In this document: piece by piece, positions 1 through 9,153 of the stretch
Position numbering within the stretch: position 1 is the stretch's first letter
How the letters are laid out: each line of letters starts with the position of its first letter
Program-made: the position numbers and the translations under genes
Notes under the pieces: generated by a model
Databases searched by the model: none
What the model saw: only the letters and a program-made list of their open reading frames with translations
What the model was told of the DNA's origin: nothing
Origin: an uncultured Verrucomicrobiota bacterium
GTDB taxonomy: Bacteria; Verrucomicrobiota; Verrucomicrobiia; Limisphaerales; UBA9464
NCBI GenBank assembly: GCA_903864375.1
Contig: CAIPFS010000043.1
Coordinates: 1-52,571 of the forward strand
Direction of reading: 5' to 3'
DNA: 52,571 nt

Positions 1-104
1 CGTCCTTCGTAGTTGGCATAGCGATTTGTGTCCGCGGGCTTCTGTGCCCACGACGGCAAAAACGCTTTCTCCAAGTCGATGCTCAATTCCAACGAATCAC
101 TCAT
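1..104 (-). CDS. hypothetical protein, 5' end only (runs off the left edge)
   Basis: ATG at 104 on the minus strand opens MSDSLELSIDLEKAFLPSWAQKPADTNRYANYEG with no stop before position 1. Divergent from the CPBP gene. Too short to assign. Confidence 0.3.
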   Translation of the reverse strand, partial: MSDSLELSIDLEKAFLPSWAQKPADTNRYANYEG

Positions 105-260
105 AGATGAAAGACCCCGCGAAACGCGGCAAAACCCATTCCGAAAAGTGGGCGGACCTTGCTTGGCTCCCAACTGAAATGCAAGCGCAACAAAGACAAA
201 TCGGGCAAGCGTGGAGTTCCGGCTTGCCGACGGGCCACCGACTCCGACACTCCCGGGCCG

Positions 261-1004
261 ATGAACATTCGAAAGGACACAGATGGTTCGGTGCGCAACC
301 CGCTTGGTCTTGCGGAGCTGCCCCGGGTGCTGCCATTCGCCCTGTTCCTGCTGTTGGGCGCCGCCCAGGGACACTTCTTCTCCGGCTCCGAGTATTGGAT
401 TTACGCCGCCAAGACCGTGCTGGTTGGAGCCATTCTCTGGCATTGGCGGCATCTGGTGACCGAAATGCGGTGGGCCTTCAGCCTGTCAGGACTGTTGGCG
501 GGTCTGGCCATCGCAGCGCTCTGGATTGGATTGATCGATGTCATTCCCTCCCTGGATGTTCTCTGGTATTCCGCTCGAAAACTGGTCACCGGAGAGGCCG
601 CGCCACCCGTCACCGCTGATCCCCGCTGGAATCCGGTGGAATTCTTTGCGGGTCAGCCCGCCCTGGGTTGGGGCCTGGTGGCTGTGCGTGTCCTGGGTCG
701 CTCCCTCGTGGTTCCCGCCATGGAAGAAGTATTCTACCGGTCCTTCTTCTACCGCTACATTGCGAATCCCAAGTTCCTGGAAATGCCCATTGGAGTCTGG
801 CATTCGGTGGCATTTTTTGTCACCTGCACCGCCTTTTCGGCTTCGCATCCCGGACAATGGCTCCCGGCATGGATTTGTGCAGCGACCTATCAATGGCTGG
901 TCATTCGCCACAAGCGGCTCGGGGACGCCATGCTGGCACACGCGACCACCAATCTGGCCATCAGCGTCTGGGCCATCTCGACCGGCCGCTGGGAATTCAC
1001 TTGA
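261..1004 (+). CDS. CPBP family intramembrane glutamic endopeptidase (CAAX-protease-like)
   Basis: ORF 159..1004 opens with TTG; the first ATG is at 261. Multi-TM protein. All three CPBP motifs are present: EEVFYR (EExxxR), FSASH (FxxxH) and HATTN (HxxxN). Confidence 0.75.
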   Translation: MNIRKDTDGSVRNPLGLAELPRVLPFALFLLLGAAQGHFFSGSEYWIYAAKTVLVGAILWHWRHLVTEMRWAFSLSGLLAGLAIAALWIGLIDVIPSLDVLWYSARKLVTGEAAPPVTADPRWNPVEFFAGQPALGWGLVAVRVLGRSLVVPAMEEVFYRSFFYRYIANPKFLEMPIGVWHSVAFFVTCTAFSASHPGQWLPAWICAATYQWLVIRHKRLGDAMLAHATTNLAISVWAISTGRWEFT

Positions 1005-1021
1005 ACGCGGAGCCCGCGCGC

Positions 1022-2626
1022 ATGACCCCGGGCCATCGTCTGCCTCCCTGTGTCCTCCATGAAGACGAGGACATCGTGGTGGTCAATAAGCCGCCCGGTT
1101 GGAATACGCACGCGCCCTCACCCCATGCCGGGGAGGGCATCTACGAGTGGCTGCGCCATCGCGAGCCGCGTTGGGCCACCCTGGGGATCGCTCACCGGCT
1201 GGACAAGGACACGAGCGGCCTGCTGGTGTTCGGACTTTCCGCCCGCGCCAATCGGTCGCTGGCAACGCAGTTCGAGGAACGCACCGTGGGAAAGCGCTAT
1301 CTCTGCGCCACCGATCATCCCGTGGAACGGACGGAGTTCTCCGTTGAATCGGCACTGGTCCGGGCGGGGGACCGCTACGTTTCCCGGCCCCTGGCGGTCG
1401 GCGGTGTGCGGGCGGAAACGCGATTCCGTGTTGTCCGGCGCGAAGGAGGACGAACCTGGCTGGAGGCCCATCCCGTCACGGGTCGCACCCATCAAATCCG
1501 GGTCCATGCCAGTGAATCGGGATTTCCGCTCATCGGAGACCGGTTGTACGGCGGCGCCGAGGCTCCCCGGATGGCCTTGCATTCCAGCTGGCTGGCCATC
1601 CACCACCCCTCCGGCTCTGGTCGGAGGGAATGGAGTGTGCCAGTCGATTTCTCCATTCCGGCGGCTGAATCCCTCCGATCCGCGGTGATGGATCCCGACG
1701 AGACCAACGCCTGGAGAGTGGCTCACGGTGCGGCGGACGGAACCCCGGGCTGGTATGTCGATCGGTGGGGGGATGTCAGTCTGGTGCAAAATGGGACATC
1801 CGAGGCGGGTTCCCAATTGCCGGACTGGCTCCTGCAACGGGCTCGAAATCGAACGGGCGGAGAACAAAGTCTGTATTGGAAACGTCTCCGCCGAGATGTC
1901 CGGTCAACGACGCCGGACGAAGCCCGACCCGAGTGGATACAGGGTCCCAAGGTTCAGGACGCCTTTCTGGTGCGCGAAAATGGCGTGCAGTACGAACTCT
2001 CCTTTGAAGCGGGCTATTCCGTGGGTTTGTTTCTGGACCAACGCGATAATCGCCGTCGATTGCTGACGGGCCATGTGGCCGCTGATTTCGCCCTGCCACC
2101 AGGCACGGAGGTACTCAACACCTTCGCCTACACCTGCGGATTCAGCGTTTGCGCCGGCCTGGCGGGCTGCCGGACCACAAGCCTGGACCTCTCGAAAAAA
2201 TATCTGGAATGGGGACGCCGGAATTTCGCGCACAATGGACTCGATCCATCCGCCCATGACTTCATTTTCGGCGATGCGTTTGACTGGATGCAGCGGCTGG
2301 CGCGCAAGCAGCGAAAGTTTGGCCTGATCATCCTGGATCCCCCCACCTTTTCCCGATCGAGGGAACGGGGAGACTTCCGTGCGGAACGCGACTTCGGGCG
2401 GCTGGTCGGCACGGCCCTGGGAGTGCTGGCGCCCGGGGGTGTCCTCCTGTCCTCCACCAATGCCGCCCGCCTCGAGCCCGAAACCTTTCTGGCTGAAATC
2501 AGGGAGGCGGTCCGGATCGCCGGGTGCACCGTTCGCCAGGAACATTATGTTCCGCAGCCCGTCGATTTTCCGATTACCCGGGAGGAACCCGCACACCTGA
2601 AAACGGTTTGGATGCGAATCGACTAA
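1022..2626 (+). CDS. fusion protein: RluA-family pseudouridine synthase (N-terminal) + RlmI-like class I SAM-dependent methyltransferase (C-terminal)
   Basis: In-frame ATG at 1022 lies just after the CPBP stop; the upstream part of ORF 668..2626 overlaps the CPBP gene. N-terminal half has VVVNKPPGW, HRLDKDTSGLLVF (catalytic Asp) and GRTHQIRVH. C-terminal half has LNTFAYTCGFSV, LDLSKKYLEWG and ILDPPTFSRS (methyltransferase motif IV). Confidence 0.8.
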   Translation: MTPGHRLPPCVLHEDEDIVVVNKPPGWNTHAPSPHAGEGIYEWLRHREPRWATLGIAHRLDKDTSGLLVFGLSARANRSLATQFEERTVGKRYLCATDHPVERTEFSVESALVRAGDRYVSRPLAVGGVRAETRFRVVRREGGRTWLEAHPVTGRTHQIRVHASESGFPLIGDRLYGGAEAPRMALHSSWLAIHHPSGSGRREWSVPVDFSIPAAESLRSAVMDPDETNAWRVAHGAADGTPGWYVDRWGDVSLVQNGTSEAGSQLPDWLLQRARNRTGGEQSLYWKRLRRDVRSTTPDEARPEWIQGPKVQDAFLVRENGVQYELSFEAGYSVGLFLDQRDNRRRLLTGHVAADFALPPGTEVLNTFAYTCGFSVCAGLAGCRTTSLDLSKKYLEWGRRNFAHNGLDPSAHDFIFGDAFDWMQRLARKQRKFGLIILDPPTFSRSRERGDFRAERDFGRLVGTALGVLAPGGVLLSSTNAARLEPETFLAEIREAVRIAGCTVRQEHYVPQPVDFPITREEPAHLKTVWMRID

Positions 2627-2674
2627 TCAGGTTTTGCGATTCATTTCGCGGAATCCCTCCGGCACTCTTCGTCC

Positions 2675-3916
2675 GTGGATTATCCGTTGCCGGTTGTGAT
2701 CCCGATGATCACCCTGTTGGCGGTCGCGAGCTTTTTCTGCGCGGCAGCTGAATCCGCGCTCTTTTCCCTTGGACTCTGGCGTGCCCGGCGGCTGGCAGAA
2801 TCCACCCACCGTTCCGGAGCATTGGTCCTCGACCTTCTGGGTCGACCGGACGACCTGCTGGCAGCGCTGGTCTTTGGCAATACCGTGGCCAATGCCGGGG
2901 TGGTCGCCCTTTCGTTGCTCGCCGCCATTCACCGGGGATGGCACGGGTTGGTTTTTGCCGTCGTCCTGCTGGGACTCCTTGTGACCGTGTGCGAGGTGAC
3001 CCCCAAGGCCCTTGCCGTGCGACGTCCGGAGTTCTGGGCTTTGATGGTGGCGCGGCCCCTCCACCATCTGCTCTGGCTGATTGGTCCCATCCGGCGACTT
3101 TTTCAAGCGGTCGTGGCCTTGCTTCTCACTCCGCTGGCGGCGCGGGCTTCGCGAACCCCGACTGGTGTTTCCGAGGAGGAGTATACCGATTTGGTGGAAC
3201 TGGCGCACCAACAGGGCACCCTCGGCACCGGTGAAAAGGAACTGATTTTGCAGGTCCTTTCCCTGGACCAACGCACCGCCCGTGAGGTCATGAAACCGCG
3301 GGCTCAGATGATCACCCTGCCCGACGACTTGAGCGAGGAGGACTTCATTCACGCCGCCCGGCGTCACCGGCACCACCGGATACCGCTCTACGACGTGTCA
3401 CCCGATACCATTGTCGCCGTCCTCAATACCCGGACCCTGCTCTTGCATCCGGGCGACGGATTGGATGCGGCGGTGGAATTTCCCTCATTCGTGCCCGAGA
3501 GCATGAATCTTTTGAGTCTCTTCCAGGCCTTGCAGCGCCAACAACGCGGCCTCGCCATCGTGCTGGACGAATTCGGTTCCACAGCAGGGTTGGTGACCCT
3601 CGAAGATATTCTGGAGGCCGTGGTGGGGCCGATTCGAGGGGAGGGCGAACCGGTCGGTTTCGTCGTGGAATCCCTCGGCCCCAACCGATGGCGGGTCAAT
3701 GGACTGATGCGCATTGATGACTTCCGTCGGGAATATCCCGGGTTGGGCGATGTGCAGGAGGTGGAAACCATGGGCGGGCTTGTGCTCAAGCTGGCCGAAG
3801 TGGTCCCGCCGGTCGGCACCACCTTCCTATACCGTGGTTTGCGGTTTACCGTGCGCATCGCTGACCAGCGGCGGATCCGCGAATTGCTGGTCGAAAAGAT
3901 CGGAGGCACCGGATGA
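2675..3916 (+). CDS. hemolysin/CorC family protein (DUF21/CNNM membrane domain + CBS pair + CorC_HlyC domain)
   Basis: GTG at 2675 (alternative ATG at 2705). N-terminal TM block with AAESALFSL, a CBS region (REVMKPR...IPLYD...) and a C-terminal transporter-associated domain. Confidence 0.8.
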   Translation: MDYPLPVVIPMITLLAVASFFCAAAESALFSLGLWRARRLAESTHRSGALVLDLLGRPDDLLAALVFGNTVANAGVVALSLLAAIHRGWHGLVFAVVLLGLLVTVCEVTPKALAVRRPEFWALMVARPLHHLLWLIGPIRRLFQAVVALLLTPLAARASRTPTGVSEEEYTDLVELAHQQGTLGTGEKELILQVLSLDQRTAREVMKPRAQMITLPDDLSEEDFIHAARRHRHHRIPLYDVSPDTIVAVLNTRTLLLHPGDGLDAAVEFPSFVPESMNLLSLFQALQRQQRGLAIVLDEFGSTAGLVTLEDILEAVVGPIRGEGEPVGFVVESLGPNRWRVNGLMRIDDFRREYPGLGDVQEVETMGGLVLKLAEVVPPVGTTFLYRGLRFTVRIADQRRIRELLVEKIGGTG

Positions 3917-4899
3917 GCAGCAGCCTGCTCCATTGGCTCATCCTCGGTTTCTGGCTTCTCGTCTCCTTCTACCTGTCGGGGATGGAGACCGCGGTGATGT
4001 CCCTGAATCGGCTGAGGTTGCGACAATGGTTGCGGGAGGGCCGCCCCCAGGCGCGCGCCCTTCTGGGCTATCTGGATCGGCCCGAAAACTTCCTTTGGAC
4101 CACGCTGGTCGGAAATACCATCGCCAACTTTGCCGCAGCCTGGATCGTGGTCACCGACCTGCACAATGTCTGTTCCGACCAACCGTGGATCTTCTGGACC
4201 TCCTTCAGCAGTTTTGTGCTCGCCCTGTACCTGCTCTGTGAATTGCTTCCCAAGCAGTTGTTCCGGCGCGCCCCCGACCGTCTGGCCAGCCGGCTGGTCC
4301 GCGGCTTTCAAATCGCTCATATCGCCCTCTCGCCGCTCGTCTCCCTGGTCGAGTCCTTTGCCGCCGGACTGCTCCGCTGGACTGGAGGATTGCCGCTCAG
4401 CACCCGGGTCTTTGGCAATCGCGATGAGCTGCGGGCGGTGATGGTCGAATCCGGCGACGCCCTGCATCCGGCGGAGCGCACCTTGATCGGGCGGGTCTTC
4501 GACCTGCAAACCCGTACCGTGGGACAACTGGCCCGATCCCTCGACAAATACGACACCGTGGTGGCCACCACTCCCGTGGAAGAGCTTATCGCCCGGTTCC
4601 GCGCCGGCGCCCAGCCGCGACTTCCGGTCTGGAGCCACAGCGGTCCCGATCGCCGCATCATCGGTGTGGTCAGCCTGCGTCACGTGCTCTACTCCGAACC
4701 CCGACCTGGGATCCGGTCGGCCGCCGATCTTCTCCGACCCGCTGTCTACTTTGACGAGACCACCCGTCTGGAGGAGGCACTGCGCCGGATGCAACGCAAT
4801 GCCGAGCACCTGGCAATCGTGGTTGATGCCAACCGGCGCGATTGGGGAGTGATCACCCTCGGCGACATCCTCGACACACTGTTCGGAGGGGTGTTGTGA
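3913..4899 (+). CDS. DUF21/CNNM + CBS domain protein (shorter paralogue without the CorC_HlyC tail)
   Basis: ATG at 3913 overlaps the upstream stop (ATGA, 3913-3916). GMETAVMSLN DUF21 signature followed by a CBS pair. Only 328 aa. Confidence 0.75.
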   Translation: MSSSLLHWLILGFWLLVSFYLSGMETAVMSLNRLRLRQWLREGRPQARALLGYLDRPENFLWTTLVGNTIANFAAAWIVVTDLHNVCSDQPWIFWTSFSSFVLALYLLCELLPKQLFRRAPDRLASRLVRGFQIAHIALSPLVSLVESFAAGLLRWTGGLPLSTRVFGNRDELRAVMVESGDALHPAERTLIGRVFDLQTRTVGQLARSLDKYDTVVATTPVEELIARFRAGAQPRLPVWSHSGPDRRIIGVVSLRHVLYSEPRPGIRSAADLLRPAVYFDETTRLEEALRRMQRNAEHLAIVVDANRRDWGVITLGDILDTLFGGVL

Positions 4900-6275
4900 T
4901 GGGTTCGGGGCCTTTGTTGGACGGCATCGAGAAGCTCGTCCTGGCGGCGATCCTCATCGTCATCAACGGATTCTTCGTCGCCGCCGAAATCGCGCTCGTC
5001 AAGCTCCGGCACACCCAGGTGGAAGCCCTGAAGAAGAAGGGATCGCGCGGGGCCATCGCCGCCGGACGGCTGAAGTCCCGGCTGAGCAAGGTCATTGGAG
5101 CGACCCAGGTCGGCATCACCCTCGTCAGCCTGCTGCTGGGTCAGTACATCGAGCCGTTGGTGGATACCGCCATCGCGCCGACGCTTGCCAGCATCGGACT
5201 CGGCTCCTCCCGCTGGCTTCATCAATTGCTGTTCGGCGTTGGCTTCATCAGCATGTCCTTCGTCTTGATTGTGGCCGGGGAATTGGTTCCCAAGGCGCTG
5301 GCACTGCGCCGAACCGAGGCCGTCGCCCTCTGGGTCGCCCGCCCTCTCGAGGCCTTCCAGTGGATCGCCCATCCGCTCATCCGCCTGATTGATGCCGCCG
5401 CCGACTGGGTGCTCGACCGTTTGGGTGTCGACCCGGAAGCCGAGGAAATCGGCCAGTCGGTCGATGAAATCCGGCTGGTTCTGGCCGGACAGAAGCTTCC
5501 CCAGGGACTCGAGCTGAGCCAGACCATCATGCTGAACGCGATCGACCTTCGCCGGCGGATCGTGGCCGAGGTGATGCGACCCCGGCGGGAAATCACCTTC
5601 CTCGATGCCTCCCAGACGTTCGCCGAATGTCTGGCGATCGTTGAACACTCTCGTTTTTCCCGATTCCCCCTGTGTGAGCGGGGTGATCCCGACCAGACCT
5701 TCGGCGTGGTTCATATCAAGGATTTGTATCCCCTGCGTCAGCGGGGGCGGACGGCCTCCATCCTCAGGTCGGTCGCCCGCCCGCTGATCTTCGTTCCCGA
5801 AACCGCCCGCCTCGAACGACTTCTCCAGTTTTTCCTCGAACGCAAACTCCACCTGGCCCTGGTGGTGGATGAATACGGAGGCACCACAGGCATGGTCACC
5901 CTCGAAGACGTCCTGGAACAACTGGTGGGACCCATCCAGGACGAGTTCGATCATGAGAAACCGCGGATTGTCCCGCGCGGTGACGACGCATGGGATGTCG
6001 AGGGAACCCTGCCCCTGTTCGAACTGGAGGACATCACCGGCGAGAACGTCGAAATGCCCGGCATCACCACGGTGGGTGGCTGGGTGGCGGCATTCATGGG
6101 TGGATTTCCACGACTGGGAGAGATCATTCCCGTAGGGGGATTCGAACTGGTGATCGAAGAAATTGATGGCATCCGGGTCTCCCGCCTGACCCTTCGCCGG
6201 AAGCCGCCGGCACCTCCAGAAATCGGGGAAACCCCGGTGCCCGAAGATCCGGGACCGCTTGCGATTGGGGATTGA
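4899..6275 (+). CDS. hemolysin/CorC family protein (DUF21 + CBS pair + CorC_HlyC)
   Basis: ATG at 4899 overlaps the previous TGA by 1 nt (TGATG, 4897-4901). [13 protein letters not shown]21 signature, a CBS pair ([10 protein letters not shown]...RFPL) and a C-terminal transporter-associated domain. Confidence 0.8.
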   Translation: MGSGPLLDGIEKLVLAAILIVINGFFVAAEIALVKLRHTQVEALKKKGSRGAIAAGRLKSRLSKVIGATQVGITLVSLLLGQYIEPLVDTAIAPTLASIGLGSSRWLHQLLFGVGFISMSFVLIVAGELVPKALALRRTEAVALWVARPLEAFQWIAHPLIRLIDAAADWVLDRLGVDPEAEEIGQSVDEIRLVLAGQKLPQGLELSQTIMLNAIDLRRRIVAEVMRPRREITFLDASQTFAECLAIVEHSRFSRFPLCERGDPDQTFGVVHIKDLYPLRQRGRTASILRSVARPLIFVPETARLERLLQFFLERKLHLALVVDEYGGTTGMVTLEDVLEQLVGPIQDEFDHEKPRIVPRGDDAWDVEGTLPLFELEDITGENVEMPGITTVGGWVAAFMGGFPRLGEIIPVGGFELVIEEIDGIRVSRLTLRRKPPAPPEIGETPVPEDPGPLAIGD

Positions 6276-6384
6276 GCGTCGGCAATGCACCGGATCCTCC
6301 TCTGAGGGCGGGCGCTCCTCCCTCCTTTCCCCGGGTTCGTCCCGCTGGACTTGACCCTGTCACCGAACGCGGGAGGGTAGTGAG

Positions 6385-7266
6385 ATGAATCGATTCGTTT
6401 TGCGGTGGATGGTCCTCACCCGGTGGGTCTTCGTTCTGGCGACGGCTTCTGGTGCGGAGGTGGACCCTCCCCGTCCGGAATTCTTTGCCTTTCAAAACGG
6501 GCTGAATCTTCCCGTCGCCGATTTGGCTCCCGCGCTGAAAACGCTCGGCTTCGACGGGCTCAGCACCGAGGGATACGACGTCGCCGGAATCCAGTCGGCA
6601 CTCAAGGCTCAGGGACTTCGGCTTTACAACACCTACATTGGGATCGAACTCGACGCCGACCGTCCGGCACGGTCCGCGCCGTTTGAAAAACTGGTGGATC
6701 AACTTCAGGGCAGCGGTGCCGCTGTCTGGTTGACGATTCCCAAGGTGACCCGGAAGGAACGGGCCTTTGCCAACTCCGACCCGGAGGGCGACGCCGTGGC
6801 TCTTCCCCGTCTTCGCGAACTGGCCGACTATGCCGAACCGCGCGGAGTCCGAATCGCCCTGTATCCGCATGCGGGAACCTGGGTCGAGCGCCTGGATGAC
6901 GCCGTTCGGTTGGCGGACAAACTGGGGCGTCCGGGGGTGGGGAGCACGTTCAATCTCTGTCACTGGCTCAAGGTGGAGGGGGACCGGGACCCACTTCCCG
7001 GCATACGAGCCGCCCTTCCCCGACTCTTCTTTATCAGCGTCAACGGAGCGGATGGCGGGGACACCCGGCATCTCGAGTGGAGACAGCTGATCCAGCCACT
7101 CGATCAAGGGAGTTATGATGTGGGACGGTTGGTGAGGGAGGTTCGGACCCTCGGGTACAAAGGCCCCTTTGGACTCCAAGGTTACGGATTGACGGGAGAT
7201 CCAAAGGAGAATGGCCGGCGGTCGATCGGAGCCTGGCATCAGATGACGGCCAACGTGGTGCCGTAA
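6385..7266 (+). CDS. sugar phosphate isomerase/epimerase (xylose-isomerase-like TIM barrel), with signal peptide
   Basis: ATG at 6385 preceded by GGGAGGG. Hydrophobic N-terminus. Family-like blocks include RIALYPHAGTWVE and FNLCHWLKVEG. Confidence 0.6.
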   Translation: MNRFVLRWMVLTRWVFVLATASGAEVDPPRPEFFAFQNGLNLPVADLAPALKTLGFDGLSTEGYDVAGIQSALKAQGLRLYNTYIGIELDADRPARSAPFEKLVDQLQGSGAAVWLTIPKVTRKERAFANSDPEGDAVALPRLRELADYAEPRGVRIALYPHAGTWVERLDDAVRLADKLGRPGVGSTFNLCHWLKVEGDRDPLPGIRAALPRLFFISVNGADGGDTRHLEWRQLIQPLDQGSYDVGRLVREVRTLGYKGPFGLQGYGLTGDPKENGRRSIGAWHQMTANVVP

Positions 7267-7588
7267 TGGACCTTGCCGTCAGATGCAACGGGTCGATGTC
7301 CGCCGCGACACTTCCCGTGGTGGATCGGGGTCAGGCCAGTAGGAACTGGAGTAAATCTCATGGCGGTCGTGTTTTGGACCAAAGCCGGCTTGGAAAGAAG
7401 GTTGTTAGCAAGGTGCCTTCAGAGTGGGAGAGGTCCTGATCCCCGCATGAATTGGAGACTTGCGGGAGCGCATCACTCCCCCGGCAGGAGAGCCGCGCCA
7501 CTGCAAGCGGCGGGACGCCGCTTCCACTTTGGGCCGCCCCTTACGGGGCAGCCATAACCGGATACCCCGGTATCCAAGGCCTGGGACC

Positions 7589-8215
7589 TCAGTCCCGGAA
7601 GACAAACAGGGCATTTCCCAATCCAGCCCCGAATCCAGTTCCGTAAAACAGGCCCCAAAGCAGTTTGGCGATGATGGCGCGGGTTCCGGCGTCGACACCG
7701 GGCAGGAGGTCGGCACCGTGGGAACCGATCAGCCGGTAGGCGAGCTGTCCGCCCATCCAATAGGTTGCAAAATGGACGACAAAAAGGAAAAGGCCCGCCG
7801 CCAGAAAGGGTCGTATCCCACCGCGAAATCGTCCCAGCACTCCGACAAATACGAGTGAGCCCGCGAGCGAGCCGATCACCTCGCCCCACCCGAATCCGAA
7901 GGCGAACCAGGCGGTGCTCCAAACAACCGAATAGGCCAGGAAAGCCGGGATGAAACCGAGGTAAAATCGCAGAAATGACCTCTCGCCTGGACAGAGTGGG
8001 TGCAGAAGGAGACCGGCCAGGCCGAGGAAGGCGATGGCGATGGCGGCATACAGGAACCCCTCGCCGCCGTGCCGCCCAAACCATCCTCCCCCCAGCGCCC
8101 AGATGGAAAAGGCCAACACGCCGGTGATTCCAAAGCCCCAGGCACCCCGAGCGATGGACCGTGGGCGTGTCGGGAGTGCGGCGCGGGGAGCGGGAGAATC
8201 GCCGGATTTGGGCAT
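7589..8215 (-). CDS. hypothetical multi-pass membrane protein
   Basis: ORF 7589..8251; internal ATG at 8215 (MPKSGDS...). Gly/Phe/Leu-rich with about 6 hydrophobic segments. No family recognised. Confidence 0.45.
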   Translation of the reverse strand: MPKSGDSPAPRAALPTRPRSIARGAWGFGITGVLAFSIWALGGGWFGRHGGEGFLYAAIAIAFLGLAGLLLHPLCPGERSFLRFYLGFIPAFLAYSVVWSTAWFAFGFGWGEVIGSLAGSLVFVGVLGRFRGGIRPFLAAGLFLFVVHFATYWMGGQLAYRLIGSHGADLLPGVDAGTRAIIAKLLWGLFYGTGFGAGLGNALFVFRD

Positions 8216-8382
8216 GCCGCAGTGATAGCCGTGCCCCACCGCGGGCGGCAAGCCAGGGAACGTCTCTCCCTCTCTTTCCGCCCGATTTGCCCCCGAACCG
8301 GACCTTTCGAACCGCCGCTGGACTTCAGTGGGCGGTTCCGACGCTTGCGGTCCACCGGGGAATCGCCTAAGTCTTGCGGACT

Positions 8383-9153
8383 ATGTCATTGCTCACCGGC
8401 AAGATCGGCGTTGTGTTTGGGGTCGCCAACAAGCGCTCCATCGCCTGGGCCATCGCCCAGGCCTGGAAGCGGGAAGGGGCCACGCTCGCGTTTACCTACC
8501 AGGGGGAACGTCTCAAGGAGAACGTCGAGGAATTGGCGGGCACCTTTGGACCCGACACGCTGATTTTGCCCTGCGACGTCACCCAGGATGCGCAAATCGA
8601 AGCCGTGTTTGCCCAGCTCCGCGAAAAGTTTGGTCGCCTGGACCTCCTGCTGCACAGCGTTGCCTTCGCGCCGCGCGACGCCCTGGAAGGAGATTTTCTC
8701 AATACCACCCGCGAGGCATTCCGGATTTCCCATGACGTGAGCGCCTATTCCCTGGTTGCCCTCGCCCGGGCGGCGGCACCGCTCATGACGTCGGGAGGCA
8801 GCATTGTCGCCATGTCCTATTACGGCGCCGAAAAGGTGATCCCCCACTACAATGTCATGGGAGTGGCGAAGGCATCCCTCGAAGCCAGCACCCGCTACCT
8901 TGCCTACAGCCTCGGCCCCCGAAAAATCCGGGTGAACTGCATCAGTGCGGGTCCGATGAACACCCTCGCCGCCCGCGGCATCTCCGGTCTCTCCGAGATG
9001 TTGAAGCACTACGAGGCCCATGCCCCGCTCCAGCGGAATGTGCTTCCGGATGAACTGGGCCACACCGGTGCATTCCTCGCCAGCGATGGGGCCGCAGCCA
9101 TCACCGGCCAGGTCTTGTACGTCGACTGCGGTTACCAGATCATGGGGATGTAA
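8383..9153 (+). CDS. fabI: enoyl-[acyl-carrier-protein] reductase (NADH), FabI
   Basis: ATG at 8383. GKIGVVFGVANKRSIAWAIA nucleotide-binding N-terminus. SYYGAEKVIPHYNVMGVAKASLE contains the Tyr-x6-Lys catalytic pair. Confidence 0.9.
   Translation: MSLLTGKIGVVFGVANKRSIAWAIAQAWKREGATLAFTYQGERLKENVEELAGTFGPDTLILPCDVTQDAQIEAVFAQLREKFGRLDLLLHSVAFAPRDALEGDFLNTTREAFRISHDVSAYSLVALARAAAPLMTSGGSIVAMSYYGAEKVIPHYNVMGVAKASLEASTRYLAYSLGPRKIRVNCISAGPMNTLAARGISGLSEMLKHYEAHAPLQRNVLPDELGHTGAFLASDGAAAITGQVLYVDCGYQIMGM

Noticed and set aside
668-1021. N-terminal extension of the RluA-RlmI ORF; similarly the extensions 18298..19419, 19200..19577, 20303..20734 and 31952..32122.
   Set aside because: The extensions overlap neighbouring well-supported genes or promoters in another frame and are compositionally non-coding. 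Internal ATGs give proteins with proper N-termini or signal peptides.
3388-6290. Very long antisense ORFs, e.g. 3388..4809(-), 4746..6290(-), 9581..11401(+), 14433..16187(+), 27914..29143(+), 38271..39428(+), 40930..42393(+) and 47187..48797(-).
   Set aside because: Each lies opposite a gene with clear family motifs and has Arg/Gly/Pro/His-rich composition. Stop-poor antisense frames are expected in GC-rich coding DNA.
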